Assembly: GCF_006345805.1 (NCBI RefSeq)
Contig: NC_043003.1
Location: 73,718,001 to 73,782,000, forward strand
Direction of reading: 5' to 3'
DNA: 64,000 nt
Origin: Octopus sinensis
Lineage: Eukaryota
Below are positions 53,041 to 64,000 of the stretch, one piece after another. Each line of letters starts with the position of its first letter. The first letter of the stretch is position 1. Under the pieces are notes generated by a model. It was not told the origin of the DNA. It saw only the letters and a list, made by a program, of their open reading frames with translations, and did not search any database. A program made the position numbers and the translations under genes.

Positions 53041-54314
53041 AAATAAGGTTTCATATACTGAGTTGATATATGCTGGTAAATATAGGAGGGAGTAAACCCT
53101 ATCTTGGAGTAGTGAACAAAACTGTCCATCTTACGACCAGCGTGGTCGTGTCCGTTTTCGAACGCAGGGCTTCTATGTTACGGGGGATGTCTACTAATAT
53201 GATATCCAGAATGTTCTGTCGTGCATTTATTAACCAAAGTGTATGGATCAGCTTGTGGACGCATTCCGCATTGTAGGTCTCAATTGTTGCTGGAAGGCTC
53301 ACTCGTGGGTTGCGGTGGAATAACGTGTACGCCTTAGGAGCCATACCACGCGTTATCAGCATTGATTCCCGCAATAGATAGATATATGTTTCATATTTTT
53401 ATATTGTTATACGTTTATACTATTTTACTTTTTTATGCTGTCCTTTAGGTTCCTTTTCCCTTACTCCTATTATTTCAGTTATCGCACTTATTTATTTGTT
53501 TTTAATTCTATTTTGCTCTTTTACTTGCCCATATTAGCGATGGTTTATATATTTATTTTATTCTTTTTTGCTTTGTCTATTAACCATCAACAAACCGGAA
53601 CCACATCCTGATTTTCAAAAAATAGCTGACCAATTAGGTTGCAGGACTGACCATGACCCCCACCCCACTACACATAGGGATTCTGAGACTTGTTGATCGG
53701 CCAAAAAATCCCGAACACTAACACTGCACTTTAGTTACCAGCTGGTTCCTTAACCTGATGAGTACTCATATACACCATTCGCAACGTTGCACTTACTAGC
53801 TGGCACTTTACATATGAACTTACACCTCCATAACACGGACCATACCTTCACATCCACCAATGTATTTCTATGTAAACATAAATTCGCCCTTCCTAAAATC
53901 TCCTCCCAAGAACGACTATGCTCACCACCATCGGACGAAGTAACATCGATCCTGAATTACATCACGGAAAGTTTGTTACTTATTACCCCTTCCTATACCG
54001 AATGCATTTTAATAAATTGTACTTCTCTCGCTACGCCATATTTGTTCCTATTCTTTTTGTACCCTTTTCAATAAAGACAAATACACTGTACCAATTGTTA
54101 ACTGTTTATTATATGTAATAGCCCTCCTATATATACATATATATATATATAATTTCAACAATTGAGGGTAAAATTAGTGAGCAAACACTATATGAGAGAG
54201 ATTTTCTTTAAGTATTAGAAATAGTTTAAAAAAGTTTTTTTTAGCTACTATTTCTAATGAGTTCAGTATGTGGCAAAGTAATTTATTTTACTAAGCCCTT
54301 TTATATAATATATA

Positions 54315-54408
<94 letters not shown>

Positions 54409-56699
54409 TATATAATTATAATATTATATGATTGAGCGCCACGGATCCATTCCAAGTAAATTTATCTTAATACTTTTCATGTACTGTTCTTTCTCTCCTC
54501 CTTTCGTTTTTTCTCTCTCATCCTTACTCTATTTCTTTTTCTCCCTCTCACCATTTTCTATTTGTCTTTGTCTCTCTCTCTCCTCTTCCTCCTTTAACCT
54601 CTCTCATTGCTTACACGTGACCGTCGTCCATCTTACCTTTCCTCACGTGATCATATTTCCTTCCCTTCATTCTGTCGCACACACCAGGTGCATTCTTATC
54701 TGTCTCTTCATCTATCTTTTCTCTTGTCAAAGAATATTCCCCTAGCGTTCGCTATCTTACCTCCTCTGGCCAAACGGCCCTCCATATTTGTTTTTGTTAC
54801 CAACTTTGACCCTCCACAAATCCCAAATTATATTTGTGTTTGCAGGTGCAACTGTTTTTCTAAGCCTCATAATGTTAATTGCTCGTATGTGGAGTAGATG
54901 AACAACCGTAGGTTGAGTGTCTTTGATGAGCGTTAGAAGTCCCTTAGACGCTTAAGTTGCTGGGGAAAAATGATTACTCCTAACCTTAGAGTAGTTTCTT
55001 ATAGTATTTCGTATTGTTGACTTGTCCCTATTACTAGACTGAGAACGGTTTACCTCCAAGTGAGATGTTAGCTTTGTGTGTTTGCGTTCTTTTAGATGTG
55101 CTATAATTTGATTTAGTTGGACGTTTAGTTATTTCTGTAGGTGCATTTGTTCTAGATATTTTTTCGGGAAGTGTTATCTGAAATGTAATGTCTTTTAAAC
55201 TGAGTTGCGCAACTAAGGTAGAAATTAACACTGTTCCTACTGTTGCAGAGAATTCATTTCTTCCGACTCATAACTACCAGTGCAAAGAAACATATTTTAT
55301 ACATTTAACTAGAGAAATTTTGTTCATCGAAAATACAGAACACGTCTAAATATGAATGCATAAACAAGTTTGAACACAGTTTATCACATACTGTGATATA
55401 TCCATCACATATCCATAACATTACATATTTCCTCTCTCTACTTTAACTTTTGAGTATTTGTGTATATTTATTTATCTCCTTCCCGAAAGACGAACAATTA
55501 ACTCCCCTGTCCCCAATTATAACGATTACCTTCCCTTAGATTTTCTACCTGTTATACATTAAAAACTACTTTATAACTTTGTAAAGTGTGTGAAATTTCC
55601 TTTTTACTAAATATATATCTGTGTGAGTGTGTGTGTTTGTGTGTATTTGTGTGTATGTGTCTATGTATATAACTGTGCACATATTCGCATATGTATTGTT
55701 TTGAGTATTTCTTTTTACTGTTAGCACTCTAGCTTAATATGTTTTTATTATCCATGTTGATGTAGATCTGATGTTCATATTTTCTTATAATCATGGTCGA
55801 TATTTTCATTGTTTATCATTCATGTCGATCGTGTTAGTCTCATTCGTATTTTTCGTACGTTTGTAATTTCTATCATAAATATGTATCTCGCTTCTTCGAT
55901 TTCTATGAAACAGGTCATTGGCATCACCCAACGTATTTCTTTCTAAACTATTTTATTCACGTTCATGTCTCATATGATCATGCCATTTATGCTACAATAA
56001 AATTCCAATCATAAAATTTAACCAGGAAATATTGCTATTAATAAATACAACTTCAGTTCATAATTTGTATAATGATTATGCCCTTTTTGTTATGTGTTTG
56101 TGCTCATTTTATCCATACGTTTTTCTAAGGATCTGAGTTAGAATCATTTCATGCTTCCTTCAGGCACAGCACTATTAGGAGACTGTGTTGATGAGCTATT
56201 CGCACTTTGTTCTTTCTAACTTGTATTCTTGATGAATATTTTTCTGTCATTTTATGTCTAATACCTACGATCGACTCCTACGATTGACTATGAAAGTGAG
56301 ATCTATAACTGTTATATCAACTTCAAATGCATTAAAACACATACACCCGCACATATTTGTCTTCGTTTGATGCTTGATACAAAAGCACACGGTGTGTTCC
56401 ATAAATCTATCTACCAAAGCCACCGTTATGCATTTTCTAATTTACCATCTAGCGCTTACTTTTTCACTCATTCCTTATATAATTATCAATTCCATTTGAA
56501 TAGTTCTTTCAATGACACAACCCAGCAGTTCTTTCCACCGCAACCTTCGATATCAGTTAAGCTAATAATCAGAGCCCCGTTGGCTTTCTTTTCCAAGTCC
56601 AACGTATTCAAGTTTCATTACCTCGACACACCTCCATGTGTAGTTTTACTTGTTGATTATTTTCTTGTTACTGCTTCTCTCATTTATTGCTAGTAGTTA

Positions 56700-57400
56700 T
56701 TTGTGCATAGGAGAGAAAGATAAGAAAGCTCTTAGCAATGAATGGAATCCACCATCCAAATGCAGACATTGGTCGCCTATACATGAAGAGAGCAAATGGA
56801 AGAAGGGAGCTGATAAGTGTAGAAGACAGGGTATATTTCAAACTTCTCAGCTTACTAAAATACTCATTCTAAGGTAAAGAATCATTGCTAGTGTCAGTTA
56901 GGAATGAATGAGTATAAAAAGCAGAGAAAAAACGAAACAAAACAAGCTGTACAAGAAAGGCATGAAAAAGAATTATGCAACAATTATGCAAGAATTATGC
57001 GGAGTCGGATAAACGAATTAAATTTTACAGAAGGGCTAAAAACCATGACGTATACAAACAATCATATTTCTTCAAAATACGATGATGCAAAAATCTCAAG
57101 TACAGCCTTTCTGTAAAATTTAATTCTTTTATCCGACTCCGCCACTGGCTGCGATTTGTACTCATAACATGTCTTGGCTCACTCTAGCCCCCACTTCTCA
57201 CATAGTTTCCAATGTACCAGTTTCGCTACTTCGTCATACCGTCATAACTTATATGTTTTGGGGCAAATCTAGCGCATTTGTTCACGACAGAAACAATGGT
57301 TTCCTCAACTCTATTACAGATTCCTTACGTTGACCACATAATTTGTGTCCAAACCTTCGACTTCCGATGCTATTATGGTGCCCTTAATCTTTTGTTCTGG
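56700..57400. mobile_element. Two convergent R4/Dong-like fragments with a 39-bp inverted repeat (56999-57037 / 57104-57142)
   Basis: + strand IRKLLAMNGIHHPNADIGRLYMKR (56717-56790); minus strand DEVAKLVHWKLCEK..QPVAESDKRIK (57110-57240). The arms differ at 2 positions. Confidence 0.75.
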
Positions 57401-57749
57401 TGGAAAATTGGAAGCAGGAAAAAATATGATAATAATCATAATAATAAAAAATGCCTGATAAATATATATGGATCAAGAAACATATTCATATTAAGAAAAA
57501 AGATATTTATTTTACATGTTCAATGGGTAAATAATATAAAATTAGCCAAATACCTATGCATGACAGTCCTCTCAAGAAACAATTATATTCATAATTTTAG
57601 TCTTAGATGCAATGTGATTAATAAAACACTGGCACTAATACCATTCGTTAATCGGGTAATTATATTTACTGTTTCAGGAGCTACAGTCAATGTATTACTT
57701 TATGTTTTATGTGAATTTTTTATAAGAGAAAAATATAATAAGCTTGTGT

Positions 57750-60245
57750 TTGTTTTATTATATGACAATAAAAAGTGAGTTATATGTGTTATTTATTTAT
57801 CAATACAATAATGTCAATTAGATAATACAGTTAATTTAAATAGGTAATTCACTCATGCTTGAATGTAATGGTAGTAATCGTGAATTAAATTATTGAAATA
57901 TTCATGTTGCATTAAGAGTGAATATTTCTTTATAAACAATATTTTATTTTGTTTTATATCAGAGTGCAAAGCAAAAGAAATTGCTTTTGCTTCCACACAT
58001 GATGCTCGTACCTAATGTTGGCCGTGTGAAAAGTATGGTTGTTCAAGTTGCTATGCAGCAACTTTTAGTGTTTGGCCTTGATTTTATTAATGCTCATGGA
58101 AAAAGAAAGTGAGAAGTGGGATAGGAAATTAACCGCTTAAATTGGAATGGAACATTGGAACTGGTATGTGAGAAATGAAGACGTTCTTACGTTTACCACA
58201 GCCAGTGAGAATATTTGACTCAATGTAGTTCTTCGTGAGTTTGTGCACAATTAGACTTGTAACATTGCATAATTTTGATTGAGGCAAATTATGTAATAGC
58301 ATAACAGGGGTCCATTTTTCAGCCGAAGACTGAAGACCTGTACCTGGTGGTTCTAGTGAGGTCAAAAATTCGATGGGGCAGGTAACAATATCCTGATCAT
58401 CAACATACCTGTTAATTAGGTTCGAGGTGAAAACCTCTCCCGGAAGTTTATTCAATAGCATATTAATATAGCTATGTACAGCAACTTTTTTTGGAGCCAG
58501 GATAACTCGTCCAGAGATCCAATTTGTATTGTTGTTGTAATGAAGAAGATTAGGAGGATTTCATCCACTAAATCATTGATGGAATCAGTTGATTTACATA
58601 TGGGATTGAGTGTAAGAAACTGCTATTTATCAATTCGAACGCACGCTTCACCGAGTTTCAATAGCTGATCTGCAAATAGTTCACCTGATTGATATTTTGA
58701 AAGCCTCGATCTCATATAATAATTGATGTAGAAAAAAGATCAGTTTCATATATGAACTACTGTTTGTTTATTATATGATAATAATGAGATGTATGTGTTA
58801 TATTTCTTATCAATAGAGCAATGGCAATTATATAATACACTTCATTTAAATAGGTAATCTACTCATTCTTGAATGTAATGATAGTAATGACAAATTAATT
58901 TATTAAAAGATTCATGTTGCATTAAGAGTGAATATTTCTGTATAATGATTTTGTTTTATTTCGGGGGGAATAGTCAAACCGATTTGCTTTTGTTTCCACA
59001 TCATATGCTTGTACATAAGGTTGGCTATGTGAAAAGCACAATTGCAATCCATCAAATTTTAGTGTTTGGCCCTGAATTTTATTAATGCACATGGCAAAAG
59101 AAAGGGGGAAAGGAAACTGTAACCGCTTCAACTGGAATGGGACATTAGATGGAATAACTGGTATGCGAGAGACGAACACGATCTCACCTTTATCACAAGC
59201 AGTGAGAATAGTTGCCTCAATGTACTTTGTCATGAGATTGTACACAATTAATCCTGTGCAATTGCATAATTTTGAGTGAGACATATTGTGTAATGACATA
59301 ACAGGAATCTCTTTTTGTCATGTGAAGACAATTAGGAGCTGTACCTGCTGGTTCTAGTGAGTTCAAAATTACGATTGGATGGTTAACAGTATCTTGATCA
59401 TCAACAACACTGTCAATTGAGTTACAAGTGAATACTTCTCCTGGAAGTTTATACAATAGCGTATTCTTAATTCTTTCTACAGCAACATTTTTTGAGAGTA
59501 GGTCGCTCACTGACTCAATCTGTATTGGTGTAATTATGAAGAAAATTAAGGAAGATTTAATGCACCAAATCATTGACGGAATTAGTTGAATTACATATTG
59601 GATTGGGTGTAAGAAACGGTACTTTATCAATCGGAAATCACCCTTCACCGAGTTTCAAGAGCTGCTCTGCAAATAGTTCAGCTGATTGATCTTTTGAAAG
59701 CCTCGATCTCATATAATAACTGATGTAGAAAAATAATCAGTTTCATACATGAACTTCTGTTTGCTTATTTTATGAAAATAATAAGTGAGTATTATCATAA
59801 TTATGAATACTCAAATGGCAATTATGTAATACACTTGATTTAAATAGGTATGTTCCTCAAGTTGCAATCCAGCAACTTTTAGAAAGTTGGATGGGAAACA
59901 GTAACCGCTTAAATTGGAATGGAACATTAGATGGTATAACCGGTATGCGAGGAACGCAGACGGTGTCACATTTACCACAACCAGTGAAAATATTTGCCTC
60001 AGTGCAGTTCACCATGAGTTTGTGCACAGTTAGTGCTGCATCATTCCATGATTTTTGTTCAGAGGAATTAGGCAATAGCATAACTTCCCCTGAACGAGGT
60101 TCTTTCATTTCGCAGGAGAAAGAAAATAAAGACTTCAGATTTTATATATATAGAAAAAGCATAATAGGTCCTTCTGAAACATTTAGTTTCATCTTGCTGG
60201 ACATACAAACAAACAAACGGACAAAATATATCTTTGATATATATA
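57750..60245 (-). mobile_element. Tandem array (~1.0-kb period, about 2.4 units) of Helitron PIF1-like helicase C-terminal fragments
   Basis: ORFs 58129..58461, 58922..59299, 59217..59648 and 59857..60108: PVMLLHNL..KLCN.T.LIV, RIPVIPSNVPFQLKRLQFP..LSFAMCINKIQGQTL (motif V), FSHSQPYV (motif VI). Non-coding anchor aaataggta recurs at 57841, 58851 and 59845. Confidence 0.88.
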
Positions 60246-60248
60246 TAT

Positions 60249-60341
<93 letters not shown>

Positions 60342-60531
60342 CTACCTATTTACCTATCTGCCTGTCTACCTAGCTGTCTACATGGATGCCTACATACCTG
60401 CATACCTACATACATACATACATACAGACAGACGGGCATATGTGTATCCTATATGTACACATACAGACATCAACGTATATATAGACACATATACATGTAC
60501 ACATATGCATAATTATCTATGACTCTGTCTG

Positions 60532-60637
<106 letters not shown>

Positions 60638-61617
60638 AATCTATCTATCATCTATCTATCTAACTATCTATCTATCTATCTACCTATCTATCTATACATA
60701 TACATTCCTATTTTAATGTTTATTTTTATATTCAGCTATAATAATAAAAGTTTACCCCAATTTGATGGGTTACACTATACTTTTGTAGAGTATTACTAAT
60801 CTTAAAAACGAATATTTTGACAGCGACATCGAGTTTTCGACTATCTGGTCTAAACTTCGAAGACACTGTCAATAATATTCTTGTTTAACTATAATATATA
60901 TTTACACATATATATTTATAAATATATTCATATATGTATGTACATACACACATGACAACAATACACAAACATGCGTGTGTTGATGTTCGCGCACATATAC
61001 TTTGAATTATTTTCGTACTTTTGTCTTCTCCCTGAACATGTTTTATTTACAGGAAGTTATCAGCATAATATTCATATGAATGGTTGTTAGAATAAACACC
61101 TCTATTAAAAACATTTTAAGAGAAAAACTGCAAAAATTTGCAGGTAAAAAAACAAATTGCATAAATCAGCTCTAACTGAATAATAAACAACATGGCGGAT
61201 TTGTAAATTTATTGCGTTATTTTATTACTTTTTTCGTAATATTAAGTGTAATTTTGTATTTCGTGTATTTTTAATGATTATTTTGGTGATTTATTTATTT
61301 TATAATCAGTTTCTTTTTATGTTTAGTATATTTTTTATTAAATATTGTTTTCTTCTTGCTTTTTGGCCCATCAGTGGTTTTTTATATTTTTAAAGAAAAA
61401 CTTACCATTTCAGTTTGTTATTTGCTCAAAATCTACAGAATACATTTCATTTTTTTATTCGTTTTCAAGTGCCAGTCTCTGTAGGAATCTGTATTGCTTG
61501 CTTCTGTATTTTTTGTGTGTATTTATAAGTATATATGTGGGCATACGTATATATATATGGATGCATATATATAATGTACGTATAAGTATGTGACAGTATA
61601 TATACATACACTCGCGC

Positions 61618-61683
<66 letters not shown>

Positions 61684-62184
61684 GCATACATATATATATA
61701 TAAATGTGTATGTGTATACTTGAATGTATATATGTGTGTATACATGTGCGCGCGTCTGTGTGTACGTGTGTGGCCTACGTCTACAGACCTGTATATTTCT
61801 TATATGATTGCGCTTATGAATATACTCGTATATATGCATATATATATACAAACGCAAATACACACATAAACATATATCTTTGCAATACCTCTCCTTGGCA
61901 TCGCTGCGATTATCAGCTTGTTGATTATTATATGCCACCTTTTTCAGTCATTGCTTCGCTTGTGCATGCCTTTCTGTTATTTTTCCTCAGATTGACAATA
62001 TTTGTCTATTGTTGTTGCCGTTTTTATGCTAACTTTATTGCTGTTTATTTTCAATTTCCCATCTTACCATCTACGCCATAATGTAATTTCATCGCTATTT
62101 TACGCATAAATTCCGACCACATCTTCCCTACTCATAATTTTCATTCTCAAGAAATCCTTCATCAACCTAGTTAACATTGAGTGT

Positions 62185-62190
62185 ATAATG

Positions 62191-62221
<31 letters not shown>

Positions 62222-62342
62222 GAAGAAGAAGAAGAAGAAGAAGAAGAATATGTATTATTATTATTATCATTATTAATATTATTATTATTATCATTATTTC
62301 TATTATCTTTAATACTTTTGTTATTATTGTTGTTGTTTTTAC

Positions 62343-62385
<43 letters not shown>

Positions 62386-62430
62386 GTAATAGTAATAATA
62401 ATAATAATTATTATTATTATTGTTATTATT
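62185..62430. repeat. Compound (AAT)n/(GAA)n/(ATT)n microsatellite
   Basis: Directly visible. Confidence 0.95.
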
Positions 62431-63334
62431 ACTTTACTATCATTAATCTTTGTTACCATCGTCATCATCAACATTATTACAATGATTCGTCATTATTGTT
62501 AGTTGTAGTAAATGTGATCGAGGTAATAGTAATAGAAGTTATATTGTTCGTTGTCATAATTATAGGAAGACTGATTCTTGTGCCTGTTGTTCATATTTTT
62601 CTAAAATTAATAGCAACAGCACTAGCAGCAGCAAGAACTGCAAACACAACAGCGACATATGTTTACTACTGGTATTTCTTATTCTTCTTTTTATTATTGC
62701 CAGTATTATATTGATCACTATTCTCACCTCATAAACTTTTATCACACCATCAGTACTGCAACCTTCTGCAATGACACCGCCATCCACTACTTTTACTGAA
62801 TTATACCTACCCCCCCCCCCCCCATCATATCCAACACCATCACCTCCAGCAACATTCATCACTACTATTACACCAACATCATTAATTTTTATCATTATCA
62901 AAATAATCACAATCTTTTCAACATTATTTGAAATGTCTTTTGGCAATAATTCCGTTTGTTATTGTTGTTAAAACAATGAATATTCTATCAATAATCGCAT
63001 CCATAACATCGCCATACATGCTATTAGGAACACTGCGACAAATATCATCGCCGATATTGTCAACACTTCAACAGCATCAGCCTCTATACCTAACTATCCC
63101 TATTAACAACAATGTTGCCTTTGCTTTATCAGTAACTCATTCCACTGCCACAATTATCAAGCACAATATCATCACCATCTTTTCTTTCTCAATCAATAGC
63201 AAAGCTACCATCAGCAATGCTTCTGTCTCACCTACCACTGTCAAAAAGTATTACAAACATAGATTTTCCAAATAGTAACAAATCCATTATCTGCATGAAC
63301 GTTGCTACCACTACCAATGATTCTTGTTTTAATC

Positions 63335-63650
63335 TCTTACTTGTTTCACCTACTTGACAGCGGCCACGCTGGGGCGTGAATACACAACACTCGTTGTCAA
63401 GCAGTGGTTGGAACAAACATGCACACACACAAACACACACACAATCACACACAATCACATACAAATACACACACGCACATACGTCAGGTTTCTTTCCGTC
63501 ACCGTCCTCTAAATCCACACACAAGGGCTTTTGTCAGGTCGAGGCTGTAGAAGACACTTGTCGAAAGTGTCGCGCTCTGGGACTGAACCCGGAGCAATGT
63601 AGTTGAAATATAGCTTCTTACCACGCAGCTACCACGCAGCTACCACTGCG
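63335..63650 (-). mobile_element. Second octopus-type SINE family copy (related pieces at ~50660-50745 and ~63911-63952)
   Basis: aaatccacacacaagggcttt..gtagaagacacttg..gggactgaacccgga..cttcttaccac; the B-box-like ggttcagtccc is on the minus strand. Family recognised from memory. Confidence 0.7.
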
Positions 63651-64000
63651 CTTACTAACATTATCACCATGAATCTCTCTACTTCGTTATTATTTCATCT
63701 ACTCCTCCTCCACTACCATTGCTCCTCGTATCCATCATTACTAGCATTTTAATCCACACAATTACACTCACAGCTCTGCTACAAATATCATTCAGAATTA
63801 TTATCATCTGTATCGACTGTAACACTACATGCAGTAGCATCTTCAGGAATTTCAATACTACCTTATGAATACCACCTACCATATTTACATTATTTACATT
63901 ATGTAAATAAACGGCGGTGCATCAGCATGGCCGCAGCTCTGAGCTGAAAAAAATGTAAATAATGCACACAATTCCTCATCTCTTAAATATACAATGACCT

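Noticed and set aside
53750-53795. CTGATGAG..CGCAACGTT hammerhead-like motif
   Set aside because: GAAA is broken (GCAA), stem II has no convincing pairing and stem I does not pair.
53925-53985. cggacga..ggaaagtttgtta, possible decayed hammerhead
   Set aside because: The core is mutated and there is no stem I; indistinguishable from chance.
57278-57778. 166-aa ORF on the + strand
   Set aside because: Antisense to an RLE LINE relic followed by AT-rich filler; no recognisable domain.
57750-60110. Host PIF1 helicase gene
   Set aside because: Fragments are tandemly repeated, frameshifted, intronless and limited to the C-terminus, which fits Helitron debris.

Overview
AT-rich, microsatellite-saturated eukaryotic DNA. 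It is most likely an intron or intergenic region of an octopod cephalopod (Octopus-like SINE families and repeat landscape, recognised from memory, not by search). I found no convincing host protein-coding exon, tRNA, rRNA or CRISPR array, and most ORFs in the track are microsatellite artefacts. Recognisable content is transposon-derived: a frameshifted Penelope-like element (PLE; RT + GIY-YIG) with an 840-bp inverted 3' arm (17009-20182), a second PLE-family fragment, several R4/Dong-like RLE LINE relics, an L1/Tx1-like 5' end, RTE, mariner and hAT relics, SINEs, and a ~1-kb-period tandem array of Helitron helicase fragments. The most interesting signal is a cluster of type I hammerhead ribozyme (HHR) motifs from four unrelated repeat families within about 15 kb (17-32 kb). 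These include (i) a 469-bp HHR-bearing unit present as two differently circularly permuted, back-to-back copies, resembling a retrozyme/circular-RNA element, (ii) a minimal PLE HHR with a U3:A8 core covariation, and (iii) a minimal HHR inside a nested perfect fold-back. All coordinates and alignments were read by eye; ribozyme activity is untested.
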